Origin: Candidatus Babelota bacterium
GTDB taxonomy: Bacteria > Babelota > Babeliae > Babelales > Vermiphilaceae
Assembly (NCBI GenBank): GCA_049325595.1
Contig: JBMOLF010000015.1
Coordinates: 128,001-192,000 of the forward strand
Reading direction: 5' to 3'
Length of the DNA stretch: 64,000 bases
Part shown: positions 8,566-19,164 of the stretch, piece by piece
Layout of the letters: every line of letters starts with the position of its first letter
Numbering within the stretch: position 1 is the first letter of the stretch
Made by a program: the position numbers and the translations under genes
The notes under the pieces: generated by a model
Database searches by the model: none
What the model saw: the letters and a program-made list of their open reading frames with translations, nothing else
What the model was told of the DNA's origin: nothing

Positions 8566-9879
8566 TTATTTAAAAAATAACCTAAAAGGGGAAAGACGGC
8601 GCGGCTGGTTCTTATAATCATTTTTTATTATCACTATCTCCTGCCATTTAACCTTTTTAGTAGCAAGCCACATTATTACCATGCTTACTAATCTCACCGT
8701 TTGAATCGCCACTAATGCAAATAACAACCCTGTTTTTGCAACGATCACTACTACAATAGCTGCCCCATACCCTAGCCCGTATACAATATATGAAGTAATT
8801 AATTCTTTATAACGCCCTTGCACTTCAAGTATACGCTCATAAGGTAATAATAATGATTCTGCTATGTAAGAACAAATTAAAATAAGTAACGGAACAAAAA
8901 ATTGATTATCAAAAATATACGGCAAACAAATAAGCAATAACATTAATAACATAATAAGAGGTATAGTTAACAACATGACCTTTCTTTTTAGGTGAATAAC
9001 CGACTTATTAAAAAAGTTTTGTTCTCCTAACTCATTAGCATATGAGAGAAATGCTGTATCAGCTGATCCAAGAGATTTTACTACTATCCGGTAACAGGCG
9101 AGCGCGGCGTCATTAGTTATTTTGTAAAGAGTGGCACTTTCTATTCCTAGCGTGGCGGCAAAAAAAGGTAATAAAAAGTTTCGCTCGCTCAAGCTTTTTA
9201 AAATGGTAGTAACGCCCATTATGCCTGTATGCTTGGTAAATGAATTTTCAATTGTTGGTGAACCAACAAACGGTACTTGCTGGACTATAAACCTCTTGAG
9301 ATTAATTCCTGTTATTAAAACGGCCATACCTGTGGTTAATAATTTGACCATTAACAGTTTCTCAAGAGTTAAACAAGTAAATGCTATATAACTAATACCG
9401 AGTATTTCGATGGCAGTTACGAGTATTAAAACACAATTGAACTGTTTATTTAAAAAATAGGCGTGAGAAATATTTTGAAGTAAAAAAACAATTCCCTGAG
9501 CTATAAATAGCGTTAAATATAAAATTATTTGGGTGGCTGAAAAATAAGGAAACAAGAATCGATGAAAAAAGAAGATTCCTAAACTCGCTACACCTAGCAG
9601 AGCTAATTGAAAATAAATAATTTTCTTAATAAGGCTATGCGATTGCTGTAGTAATGATAAGGCAAATCGGGCAATTGATTTTTTTAGACCACAATCAAGC
9701 CACAAGAGAATAAGATATAACAATGCCAGGCTATGCGACCATTGATAGAAAATAAAAGTATCGCCGCAATAATATACACAATAAGAACTGAGCAGTTGCG
9801 CAATCTTGGTGCATGAAAAAAGAAGTGCGTTCCAGGTAAGAGCTGAAGTAAATGAAGAAAAAAGATGTGCTGATTTCAT
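8566..9879 (-). CDS. MOP-superfamily (Wzx/MATE-like) flippase-like membrane protein
   Basis: About 12 hydrophobic segments, LDCGL motif near N-terminus; resembles 11297-12613. Confidence 0.6.
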   Translation of the reverse strand: MKSAHLFSSFTSALTWNALLFSCTKIAQLLSSYCVYYCGDTFIFYQWSHSLALLYLILLWLDCGLKKSIARFALSLLQQSHSLIKKIIYFQLALLGVASLGIFFFHRFLFPYFSATQIILYLTLFIAQGIVFLLQNISHAYFLNKQFNCVLILVTAIEILGISYIAFTCLTLEKLLMVKLLTTGMAVLITGINLKRFIVQQVPFVGSPTIENSFTKHTGIMGVTTILKSLSERNFLLPFFAATLGIESATLYKITNDAALACYRIVVKSLGSADTAFLSYANELGEQNFFNKSVIHLKRKVMLLTIPLIMLLMLLLICLPYIFDNQFFVPLLILICSYIAESLLLPYERILEVQGRYKELITSYIVYGLGYGAAIVVVIVAKTGLLFALVAIQTVRLVSMVIMWLATKKVKWQEIVIIKNDYKNQPRRLSPFRLFFK

Positions 9880-9995
9880 AGTGACTGCGTAGGTTATGTA
9901 TAAGAATCATTGTACTATAATGCCAAATAGTTGCTCAGAACGATAGCTATTTGTTATGGTTAGCATAATTTGTGGTGTTTCACTTAAGGAATATA

Positions 9996-11285
9996 ATGAA
10001 TTTAAAGAGAGTGGTAGTTTTAATTATGGCGATAAAGCTAACCATGCTCGGAGCTATTTTTATTAATTCTTACGAGGATAACAGCCGTTTTTTTATTGGT
10101 AGACAACCAGAAGACGATAGTCGCTTTTTTGCAAGCGATGATGAAATTATTCCCGTAGAAGCTTATGATATTTTTGGAAGCACCCGACTTATGAATGCGG
10201 TTTCAGCCCCAGATTTACCCGAAATAGTTAAATTGCTCAAAGCGGGGGCAAACGTCAATGCTCATTCAAGAGATTATGAAGGTGGAACGCCATTGATTTT
10301 TGCTGTTCAAAATGGTTTTATGCCAGGCATGTTTGAGGCCATAGCTCTGCTTGTTGAATATGATGCCGATATTAATGCTAAAGATAATGTAGGAATGACC
10401 GTATTTCATTACCTTAATAGCATTCCAGACCCTATTATGATGGAAAATTTGTTGCATTTATTTGTAGATCGTGGCGGCGATATTAATGCAATTAACAATA
10501 ATGGCGATACGATGATGCATATATTTGTATATCAATATGATCCTCAATTTATATGGATGATACGTCAAAAATATGGATCTATCCTTGATCTCACTATAAA
10601 AAACAATCAAGGTTATACACCAGCACAACTTGCACAATTATTAAGCCCTTCATTAGTGGAGGGAGATGATAGTGTATACACAGCATTAACAAAACCGCTA
10701 CCATTGGTGGGTGAAGATGGTAATGTCAATGCGCGTGATATTTATGGCAGGACTGGACTCATGCTTGCTATATTACGATCTGATATTCCTTTTATAAAAG
10801 AAATGATTGCTCGAAAAGCCGATGTTAATGCGCGTGACAATTGGTATAATACCCCACTTCATCTAGCAGCATTTAGCCAAAATCCTTTAAAAATTGCGCA
10901 GCTTCTTATCGAACAAGGTGCTCAAATTAATGTTGTAAATAGCGAAGGGAAAACGCCTCTTCGTCTTGCTCAATCTATACCCGATGGTTCGCATGTTCTT
11001 GAGTATATAACCTATCTTAAGGAACAAGGCGCTCAATTAATAGCGGTTGATAGAGAAGGATTTGATGTTGAATATTGGGCCGAGCAAAAGAAAAAGAGAG
11101 ATATTAAGCGCTTTTTAGATGAATACCATTCTTATCTTCCCGAGACAGCTGGAGACAAAAGATTTTTAATTGGATTTAATTCTATACAAAGTGAAAAATT
11201 AAATGGTGGTCAATTAAAAAAACGAGCTAAAAATTCATTGATGAGAAAAAACGGTATGTTTAAAGTATTTACCTGCGTTGTGTAG
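9996..11285 (+). CDS. Ankyrin repeat protein, signal peptide
   Basis: GTPLIFAV, GRTGLMLA, NTPLHLAA, GADVNA-type repeats; start chosen after AAGGA. Confidence 0.9.
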   Translation: MNLKRVVVLIMAIKLTMLGAIFINSYEDNSRFFIGRQPEDDSRFFASDDEIIPVEAYDIFGSTRLMNAVSAPDLPEIVKLLKAGANVNAHSRDYEGGTPLIFAVQNGFMPGMFEAIALLVEYDADINAKDNVGMTVFHYLNSIPDPIMMENLLHLFVDRGGDINAINNNGDTMMHIFVYQYDPQFIWMIRQKYGSILDLTIKNNQGYTPAQLAQLLSPSLVEGDDSVYTALTKPLPLVGEDGNVNARDIYGRTGLMLAILRSDIPFIKEMIARKADVNARDNWYNTPLHLAAFSQNPLKIAQLLIEQGAQINVVNSEGKTPLRLAQSIPDGSHVLEYITYLKEQGAQLIAVDREGFDVEYWAEQKKKRDIKRFLDEYHSYLPETAGDKRFLIGFNSIQSEKLNGGQLKKRAKNSLMRKNGMFKVFTCVV

Positions 11286-11296
11286 AAAACTATCAA

Positions 11297-12613
11297 CTAT
11301 GAGCTTTTTTGGATTGATTTTTTAAAGAGCCCATTAAATCGTTTTATCCAAGCAATGTTCCACGAATAATCTTTTCGTTGAGTGGTCAAGCGAAGTGCAA
11401 AAACATGAATAGCTTTTATTACTGATAAAAATCCAATATAAGTGTATGCCGCTGAGGTAGTAATACATGGCAACAACGCAAGAGCTGCTGCAAAAGTTGC
11501 CATATTAAATTTAAAAATAAGATGTGCATGACCTTGAACGCGCAAAAGGCGCTCATAAAAAATTGAAACGTGTTCAAGCAGATACAAAACAAAAACAGCA
11601 ACTGAAAGACGCACATTAAATACATCAGTTTGACTAAAGAATAATCCGAGTGTTAAAAAGGTGCCACACCAAATTAATAGAGAACATGCTTTGCGCGCGT
11701 AATAAAAAATTGTCTGATAGTGAGCATGCTCTTCTTTTACCTTATGTGCAAGCAAAGCTTCAACAGATGGCCCTAATACTTTGTTTAATAAAATGCTGAC
11801 TACATAAATAATATTCCTGACCAGTTCTAAAACACCTGCTTTGTTAAAACCATAGTAAGCAGCAATAAGTGGTATCAAAATATTTCCTGAAAAAATTTGA
11901 TGGACAAACTGGCTTCCATAATTGTAAATACGTTGTTTTTTTATTCGTGTCGTATAATTGCCTTTTGTTGTCTTACGTGGAAGCATATGATATAGATGGC
12001 TTGATTTTACAATTAACAGTGTTGTACTTATTAACGATGCAATAAGCATAGGAGTTAATAAGTGAGAAATGGTAAATACTTTAGCGTGTAAATACCAGCC
12101 CCATACAAATAAAACATAGGTACCAATAAGTATAATTTCACTTATCGTGGTTGTTTGGTTGCAAAATGAAATGTGAAGGAATCTTCTGAGGGATTTTCTT
12201 ATTATCTCAACAATAATAATAAGAAGAATTATGACAAACATACCATTCGATAATTGAAGAATGGGAACTTGTAGATAACATTTGAGTACAGGAATTGTTA
12301 TAGCAAAAAAAAGCGTTGCCCAAATAGCTTGTGTTACTATTGGTTTAATGAGCAATTGATTAAATTGATATTTGCTGTCAGTAATAGTTTTATAGCTAAA
12401 GCTTAATGACTCTTCGAACCCGCTAGAAAATAATGCAATAGCGCAATAAATAAGTGAAAAATAAGTGCCTGATTGTCCATATACGTATGGTTCGGTGTAC
12501 ACGTAGGCATAACAATGATGTACCGCAAAGGTAATATGATAAAACAATGATTCAGCAATATTCCAAATCAAACTTACCGAAAATTTTTTTGAAAGTTGTA
12601 TAGTATTATTCAT
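11297..12613 (-). CDS. MOP-superfamily flippase-like membrane protein
   Basis: Multi-TM; shares L(I/T)WN start and YER(L/I)LxVQG with 8566-9879. Confidence 0.6.
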   Translation of the reverse strand: MNNTIQLSKKFSVSLIWNIAESLFYHITFAVHHCYAYVYTEPYVYGQSGTYFSLIYCAIALFSSGFEESLSFSYKTITDSKYQFNQLLIKPIVTQAIWATLFFAITIPVLKCYLQVPILQLSNGMFVIILLIIIVEIIRKSLRRFLHISFCNQTTTISEIILIGTYVLFVWGWYLHAKVFTISHLLTPMLIASLISTTLLIVKSSHLYHMLPRKTTKGNYTTRIKKQRIYNYGSQFVHQIFSGNILIPLIAAYYGFNKAGVLELVRNIIYVVSILLNKVLGPSVEALLAHKVKEEHAHYQTIFYYARKACSLLIWCGTFLTLGLFFSQTDVFNVRLSVAVFVLYLLEHVSIFYERLLRVQGHAHLIFKFNMATFAAALALLPCITTSAAYTYIGFLSVIKAIHVFALRLTTQRKDYSWNIAWIKRFNGLFKKSIQKSS

Positions 12614-12784
12614 AAATTTTTACCGTTAGATAGTCATTGTACTGGAGATTACCTAAAAGCTCAATCATGGACGAGCATTCTTTTTTCTAGGGTTCTCAAA
12701 GATCAAAAAAGGAGTATACTTACAATAACTGAGTAAAAGCCTTTTGAGACATTACGTTCCACCTGATAGGAAAGGACGTTAACT

Positions 12785-13345
12785 ATGTCTTCTGACCTTA
12801 AAAAAAAGGTATTTTACCCTGATTTAGATGAAAAAGTCGTTTTCCCAGGTCATGGTGTTGCAAAAGTAAATCGAATTATTGAAAAAAAAGTGGCTGGGAT
12901 ACTCTCTCGTTATTTTGAGCTTAAATTTCTCAATAAAGAAATGACTATTCTTGTTCCTACGCATAATTTTGAATCTATTGGCATTCGTAAGTTAAGTTCG
13001 ATTGATAAAATAAATGATGTTTTCAAAATTCTTGCTGAACCGGCACGAAAAATAACTCCTGATGTTGTAGCAACTAATTGGAACAAGCGTAGCAAAAAAT
13101 ATCTTTCTGATATGAGAACCGGTAATTTAGTGGCCATAAGTAAAATATATCGAGATCTTAAACATATTTCTCATTACAAAGAGTTATCCTTTGGGGAGAA
13201 AAACTTGCTCTTGCAAACTGAATCTTTTTTAGCGCAAGAAATTTCTTTAGTTAATAATGTTGCCGAAGAAAAAGCTATTGAGCATCTTCGTGCATTGTTT
13301 AACAATACTCTACATTCAGTAAATTCAGAGCAAAAAAATATATAA
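12785..13345 (+). CDS. carD: CarD family transcriptional regulator
   Basis: VVFPGHGVAKV, ILVP, GIRKL, NWNKR, LSFGEK motifs. Confidence 0.9.
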   Translation: MSSDLKKKVFYPDLDEKVVFPGHGVAKVNRIIEKKVAGILSRYFELKFLNKEMTILVPTHNFESIGIRKLSSIDKINDVFKILAEPARKITPDVVATNWNKRSKKYLSDMRTGNLVAISKIYRDLKHISHYKELSFGEKNLLLQTESFLAQEISLVNNVAEEKAIEHLRALFNNTLHSVNSEQKNI

Positions 13346-13362
13346 TTCATACTATTTATTCA

Positions 13363-13397
13363 AAAAAAGAGGCATTACTATAAGATGCCTCTTTTTT
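13363..13397 (+). terminator. carD terminator
   Basis: AAAAAAGAGGCAT...ATGCCTCTTTTTT. Confidence 0.8.
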
Positions 13398-13466
13398 ATT
13401 GCATCCTAAATCCAACTTTTGATATATTCAAATAGAAAATAATAAAGATAAAAGAGGGAATTTTGG

Positions 13467-13961
13467 ATGAAAAATAAAATAGTCGTATTAATACTTACAA
13501 GTGCAGGAATTATTTATAATCTTCGTGCAGTAGATATTAACTTTGAACTCCGAAATCATGAGTCATATCCTATCTCGATCAAAATTTTTCAAAAAGCCGG
13601 AGCGCGACTTCAAGATAAAAGACAAATTAGAACAGCAGCTCATTCTTATGTAACTACAATACCTGCCAAAAAAGGTAATAAAATCAGTTCGGCAACCTAT
13701 TCGGCAGATGCATATAAACCCACTTATTTAAGAATTTCTTACTACTCAAATGGAATTGATATTACTCGTTATTTTGGTTTGCCAGTAGGTAGAACATTAT
13801 TTCTCGCCTTCAAAGAAGGAAAGTTGTTACCACAACAAGGCATTTTGTTTGGTAAAATTACCAGTTCTGGGCATTCGTTATCAAACAATGTGAAAGCACA
13901 AGAAATAGTCGAACTTAATCAAGATGATATTGGGCTTATTGAAAATGGTTTAGAATATTAA
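13467..13961 (+). CDS. Secreted hypothetical protein, FELRNH family paralogue 1
   Basis: Signal peptide; motifs shared with the next two ORFs. Confidence 0.75.
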   Translation: MKNKIVVLILTSAGIIYNLRAVDINFELRNHESYPISIKIFQKAGARLQDKRQIRTAAHSYVTTIPAKKGNKISSATYSADAYKPTYLRISYYSNGIDITRYFGLPVGRTLFLAFKEGKLLPQQGILFGKITSSGHSLSNNVKAQEIVELNQDDIGLIENGLEY

Positions 13962-13980
13962 AAAAATAAAGGATGGTAGT

Positions 13981-14625
13981 ATGAAGCGTTTATTATTAGC
14001 ATTAAGTTTTTTTGCTGGCGCAATGCAAGCAAGAGATATTCAAGTAAATTTTGAAATACGAAATCATGAACGGTTTCCTATTTTTGTAAGACTTTTACAA
14101 AAGGGCTATCGTTCGATTGATCAGTTTGATAACTATAAACAGACGTATGAACCCGCATTAATTGGAAATTTAACCTTAGTAAATGGTAAAACAGGCAATG
14201 CTATCGATTCATGGGCAAGTGGTTTTGATTGGAGCATGCCTACTTATATAGAAATTGCTTATTTTAAAAACAATAAATTTATAAATCAAATATATGCCGT
14301 TCCTGCTTTCAAAACATTATATGTTGCTTTTGAAAATGAACAGCTTCGTCCACAAAAAGGTAAGGGGTTTGGTAGATTTACTCAATCAGGACATCCGTTG
14401 GTTGAAAATGTTAAAGCACATCAAATTGTTAGATTGACTGAACAACAAATAAAAGATTTATATGAATCCCTAGAGCTTGAAGGAAAACAGGCTTTGGATG
14501 TTCTTAAGCAATATGTGCCAAAGAAGGATTTAGATGACAATAATGATCACGATGATGATGATTTAGAAAAGCGTTTTGAGCAATTAAAAAAAGATGTAAA
14601 AGATATTTATCAAAAATATGAATAA
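13981..14625 (+). CDS. Secreted hypothetical protein, FELRNH family paralogue 2
   Basis: FEIRNH, YVAFENEQLRPQKG; acidic tail. Confidence 0.75.
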   Translation: MKRLLLALSFFAGAMQARDIQVNFEIRNHERFPIFVRLLQKGYRSIDQFDNYKQTYEPALIGNLTLVNGKTGNAIDSWASGFDWSMPTYIEIAYFKNNKFINQIYAVPAFKTLYVAFENEQLRPQKGKGFGRFTQSGHPLVENVKAHQIVRLTEQQIKDLYESLELEGKQALDVLKQYVPKKDLDDNNDHDDDDLEKRFEQLKKDVKDIYQKYE

Positions 14626-15184
14626 GTTATTGATACTTTTTAGTGCGCTCATAATACATGTCGAAATAGCAAGTGCGTATTTTGAATTGCGTAATCATGA
14701 TTTAGTGCCGGTTGATGCTTTTGTTATTCAACCGGCACGTTATATAGCCCAAGATACCCAAGGTGCTCTTTATAAAGAAGGTCGCGCTGATTTTATGCGT
14801 CTTCCTGCAAAAAAAGGAACCACACTATCTAGTTTTAGTTTTCCCGTATTTATTTCTTATCCCACTTATTTAGTGATTTCTTATCAAGATGCTCGGGGTA
14901 ATCGACAAGAAGATATGTACACCTTTACTCTAGAAAAAACAATATATGTTGCTTTTGAAAATGGTAAAATAAGACCACAAAAAGGATCGTTTGGCAAAAC
15001 CGTCTCAGGAAAACCATTAAAAAATAATGTTTCTGCCAAAGACATTATTAAGCTTACTGGTTCTGAACAAGAATTAATTAATCAAATGCTCCGCGAGAGC
15101 AAAGAATTTCAAGAATTGGTTAAAAGAGGAAAGCTAAAGCCAATTCAACCTAAAATCACCGGGAAAACCTGGCAAAAAGCATAG
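14618..15184 (+). CDS. Secreted hypothetical protein, FELRNH family paralogue 3
   Basis: FELRNH, YVAFENGKIRPQKG. Confidence 0.75.
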   Translation: MNKLLILFSALIIHVEIASAYFELRNHDLVPVDAFVIQPARYIAQDTQGALYKEGRADFMRLPAKKGTTLSSFSFPVFISYPTYLVISYQDARGNRQEDMYTFTLEKTIYVAFENGKIRPQKGSFGKTVSGKPLKNNVSAKDIIKLTGSEQELINQMLRESKEFQELVKRGKLKPIQPKITGKTWQKA

Positions 15185-15281
15185 TAAGAAAATTAATCTA
15201 TATCCTTTTATTGTACTACTATCAAAATTTGTTATATTCATAATATCTATTTAATTCAAAAAGATTATTAAGGATATATAC

Positions 15282-15587
15282 ATGAAATATTTATTAACCA
15301 TCATTTTTGGGTTATTATCATTGTTTTCCCATGCCAGTGAAAAAAAATCTCCTGTGCCTTTCATCGTAGTAGTAAAAGCTTATCCACAACAAACTATTTT
15401 TGCTGACCAAAGTTACAATAAAATATATTTTAAGCCCTTGAATGAAGTTGATAAAGAAAAAAACATTTATTTTAATCGTTTAAAAGAAGCAGTCCCTTCG
15501 CATCTTGCAAATCATACGCTAGCTATTGACGATGAGAAAGAGTGGAATGATGCAATTCTTCAACGTATCGAGCTTCTTAAAAAATAA
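15282..15587 (+). CDS. Small secreted hypothetical protein
   Basis: AAGGA SD; signal peptide ending SHA|SE. Confidence 0.7.
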   Translation: MKYLLTIIFGLLSLFSHASEKKSPVPFIVVVKAYPQQTIFADQSYNKIYFKPLNEVDKEKNIYFNRLKEAVPSHLANHTLAIDDEKEWNDAILQRIELLKK

Positions 15588-15592
15588 TAACC

Positions 15593-16531
15593 ATGATTGT
15601 TATTTATGGTCCTACGGCTTCAGGTAAAACTGATTTTGCAGAAGAACTAGCAAAGCATATCCCCTCAGAAATTATAAATATGGACATGGGGCAATGTTAT
15701 ACTCCTCTTACTATTGGTACGGCCAAACCTGATTGGCGTAATAGTTCTATACCACAACATGGTTTTGATATAATTAATGAACCAGTTAATTATACGGTTG
15801 TTCAGTATCGTTCATTTGTTCAAAAGACCATTGAAGAAGTTAAAAAACGGGGAAATATGCCAATTTTAGTAGGTGGTTCAGGTTTTTATTTAAAATCTTT
15901 ATTATATGAACCTACTATGGCCCCTAAAGTAGTTGCCCAACAAAAGCCCATGTATCCTCAAGATCAATTTGAACGTTGGCAATTGCTTAATGCTATTGAT
16001 CCTGATAGGGCAGCACAAATTCATCCGCATGATAGCTATCGTGTTACCCGCGCTCTTGATATTTGGTATGAGTCGGGCATAAAGCCTTCTTTGTGTGCCC
16101 CACTTTTTAATCCGATTGATAGTTTTTTAATTATCACAGTGACTCGCGATCGTTACGATTTATATGCCCGCATTAATCAACGCACTAAAATCATGGTTGA
16201 GCAAGGATGGATTGAAGAAGTACAAGCATTACTCAATACCCCATGGGAACCATTTTTACTCGAAAAAAAAATTATTGGTTATGATGACATTATTACGTTT
16301 CTAAAAGACCATCAATCAAAAGACAATCTTATTGATACAATCCAAAAGAAAACAAGAAATTACGCGAAAAGACAACTTATTTTTGCTGCCGGCCTTGAAC
16401 GCGAAATACGAAAATCACTTTTAGGAAGTTCTTGTAAGAGTGATTGGCTTACCCTGAACTTGACTTCGCAGTCATTTGAATTATATATTAAGCAGGTGTT
16501 AAATCACCCATACTTAATGAAATCAACATAA
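15593..16531 (+). CDS. miaA: tRNA dimethylallyltransferase
   Basis: GPTASGKT, IGTAKP, VGGSGFYL, TRNYAKRQ. Confidence 0.96.
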   Translation: MIVIYGPTASGKTDFAEELAKHIPSEIINMDMGQCYTPLTIGTAKPDWRNSSIPQHGFDIINEPVNYTVVQYRSFVQKTIEEVKKRGNMPILVGGSGFYLKSLLYEPTMAPKVVAQQKPMYPQDQFERWQLLNAIDPDRAAQIHPHDSYRVTRALDIWYESGIKPSLCAPLFNPIDSFLIITVTRDRYDLYARINQRTKIMVEQGWIEEVQALLNTPWEPFLLEKKIIGYDDIITFLKDHQSKDNLIDTIQKKTRNYAKRQLIFAAGLEREIRKSLLGSSCKSDWLTLNLTSQSFELYIKQVLNHPYLMKST

Positions 16532-17178
16532 TGAATGCGCAGCCAAACGAACGTAAAAATATTACTACTGATAGCTCATCGCCTATAAACTCTTCGGGAC
16601 TTTATATTAGCGCTCGACATGCTAGTGTTATTTTTGCCGGAGCATTGCTGTTTTCATTTCTTATTTTTATGAGTGGCTTTTTTTTAGGACAAAAAAAAGC
16701 AGTCGATGAGTTTTCTCAAAAAGTAGATCAAGAATCACTGGCAGATCAAATTTATTCTTCTTTATGTACGCTCTATGATATTAAACCAGAAGAAGAATCT
16801 GAAGAACAAGAATCATCTTCCGAGCAAGTGGTTGAGTCTGAACCAGTTACAGATGCTAAAGCATCTTCGGTAGAACACATATCTATTACCAATGCTGACA
16901 AGCATCTAGAAGAAGTAAAACCAATTAAACATTACTATGCAAAGCTAGCTGGTTTTGGAACTCAAAAAGCAGCAATCGCATTCCAGGAACGTCTTGCTAA
17001 AAAAGATATTATTGTAGAAATTAAAAAAATTCAAAGTCGCTCTAAAAAAGGAAGAGTTATTACTTGGTATCAAGCAATAACTCCTATGTTTGATGATGAA
17101 TTAGTATTTTTAGGCGTTATTGAGCGCATAAAAGCATATGAACGAATTAAAGATATCGTACCAATAATAATTGGCTAA
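16531..17178 (+). CDS. Membrane-anchored SPOR-domain-like protein
   Basis: N-terminal TM, acidic linker, C-terminal YAKLAGF...A SPOR-like domain. Confidence 0.55.
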   Translation: MNAQPNERKNITTDSSSPINSSGLYISARHASVIFAGALLFSFLIFMSGFFLGQKKAVDEFSQKVDQESLADQIYSSLCTLYDIKPEEESEEQESSSEQVVESEPVTDAKASSVEHISITNADKHLEEVKPIKHYYAKLAGFGTQKAAIAFQERLAKKDIIVEIKKIQSRSKKGRVITWYQAITPMFDDELVFLGVIERIKAYERIKDIVPIIIG

Positions 17179-17199
17179 GTAATCAAAGAAAGGCTGTAC

Positions 17200-19134
17200 A
17201 TGATCACTGCAATGCGCAAGCATATAAAGAGTAGAGGTTTTAAAATTGTTTTGTGGATTTGTTTATTGGCAGTAGCCGGTGTTTTTTCGGTTATAGAATT
17301 AGTAAAAAATGCTTTTACTCCTGCGCAATGGATAGCAAAAGTTAATGGGACCACTATTGGCTATCCTGAATTTGCACGAAAAACTTTTTATCAAGAACAA
17401 GAAATTAAAGCCATTAGAGCTCAGCTTGGTAATTATGCTGACTTGTGGTTTCAAATGTTGGGTATAAGCAATGATCCTCAAGAACAAGCATTAGAAATAC
17501 TTACTCAAGAAGCGTTACTTGATCAGGCAGTGAAAAAAACTGGTATTGTAGCTGATAAAGAATTAAGCAAAGAATGGTTGCGCCATCCAGAGTTTTTACA
17601 AACTATTGGCGACTTGGTTCCTCCATTTGCTCTAGAAAATGGTATTATTAATCCGCAGATTTTAAGAAGTTACCTACAGCGTGCTGGCGTAAGTAATGCT
17701 GAATTTGAATCATCACTTGCACGCGCATTGCAGCGTATGATTTTTACCCAATTGGTAAAAGGTGCTTATTATGCGCCTTCAATTGCAGTAAAAAATTATT
17801 TTATTAATGAATATGCAGGCAAGAAATTTTCTATTGCCGCAATTTCATTTGATACCATAAAAGAAGGTGTAAAAAAAGAAGCGTTAGATCCAGCTCTTAT
17901 TCAAGAGTATTATGATACTCATAAAAATGAATATATGGTGCCAGCAACAAGAACAGGTTCCATATGGACTTTTGATCCAGCACAGTATGGTATTACGCTA
18001 GCACCAGAAGAAATAGCGCAATATTATCAAGCTCACCAATCTGAATATTTGGAAAAACCTGCGCAAGTTCAAATTAGAAGAATATTGTTTGCGGTAACTG
18101 ATCCAGCACAAGAAATTGCAATATCACAAAAAGCAGAAGAAGTGAGAGCTCAACTTGAAAAAGATCCCGCTTCATTTGCCAAAATTGCACAAGAAGTATC
18201 TGACGATAAAGAATCAGCTGCGCAAGGCGGTTTGTTGCCATTCTTTACCAAAGGAACCCAGGAAAAACAACGTGAAATGGCTGCATTTGTATTAAAAAAT
18301 GATGGCGATATTTCACCAGTAATTAAAACCGATAAGGGTTTTGAGATTCTACAACGTGTTGCTCGCAAAGCGCCAGAATTTAAAGCCCTTACAGCAGTTG
18401 AAACTCAAATTAAAAATATACTTCTTAAGAAAAAATTTGCCGCTCAATTTGCTGCCGATGCCCGTAAGGTAATTGACCAGGCCAAATCAAACCCTGCAGC
18501 ATTTGATGAGTTTGTTAAAGCAAAAAATGCAAAAAAACAATCTGTTTCAGCAACTTCTTTAGAAACTACTCCCGTAGCACAAGCACTCTTTAAAATTAAA
18601 CCTGGCATGCTTACTACTTTTGGTAATGCCCAAGAAGGTAACATAATTAAGTTAGAGGCTATTAAAGACAGCTATATCCCTGAATTGGATGCAATAAAAA
18701 ACAACGTTATTGATGATATATATTCACAAAGAGCCCAAGAAAAAATTCAAGGAGTTAGCAAATCGCTTAAACAGTTGATGGCAGCAGGTAATTTTGATGC
18801 AATACAAAAGATGCCAGGTGTTACCGTAGAAAAAACTGGCATGTTGAAAAAGGCTGACAAAAATTCGCTTGAATTATTGCAGCGTAAAGGAGTACCTACT
18901 AATCAATTATTTCAACTAGAACAGATTGGTTCCGTGGTCAATGCATCGTCTGGCAACCATGTTTATGTAATGAGACTGGATGAAATAGCGCCTCTTGACC
19001 AAGCACAATTTGATGCAAAAAAAGATGAAATTAAGCAACGTTTAACCCAGCAAGAAGCTATGGTTTTACTCAATGGAGTTATTGCTTCTTTATATAGAAA
19101 TGCTACAATAAAGTTTAATTCTCCACAGATTTAA
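17200..19134 (+). CDS. ppiD: PpiD/SurA-family parvulin peptidyl-prolyl isomerase
   Basis: N-terminal TM, SurA-N region, parvulin FAKIAQEVSDD..SAAQGGLL. Confidence 0.85.
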   Translation: MITAMRKHIKSRGFKIVLWICLLAVAGVFSVIELVKNAFTPAQWIAKVNGTTIGYPEFARKTFYQEQEIKAIRAQLGNYADLWFQMLGISNDPQEQALEILTQEALLDQAVKKTGIVADKELSKEWLRHPEFLQTIGDLVPPFALENGIINPQILRSYLQRAGVSNAEFESSLARALQRMIFTQLVKGAYYAPSIAVKNYFINEYAGKKFSIAAISFDTIKEGVKKEALDPALIQEYYDTHKNEYMVPATRTGSIWTFDPAQYGITLAPEEIAQYYQAHQSEYLEKPAQVQIRRILFAVTDPAQEIAISQKAEEVRAQLEKDPASFAKIAQEVSDDKESAAQGGLLPFFTKGTQEKQREMAAFVLKNDGDISPVIKTDKGFEILQRVARKAPEFKALTAVETQIKNILLKKKFAAQFAADARKVIDQAKSNPAAFDEFVKAKNAKKQSVSATSLETTPVAQALFKIKPGMLTTFGNAQEGNIIKLEAIKDSYIPELDAIKNNVIDDIYSQRAQEKIQGVSKSLKQLMAAGNFDAIQKMPGVTVEKTGMLKKADKNSLELLQRKGVPTNQLFQLEQIGSVVNASSGNHVYVMRLDEIAPLDQAQFDAKKDEIKQRLTQQEAMVLLNGVIASLYRNATIKFNSPQI

Positions 19135-19164
19135 GCACAACGATAAATTTTACAGAATGAAATT

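Noticed and set aside
15380..15388. Perfect DnaA box TTATCCACA (another at 38486-38494 on the minus strand)
   Set aside because: Isolated single boxes inside coding sequence; no cluster
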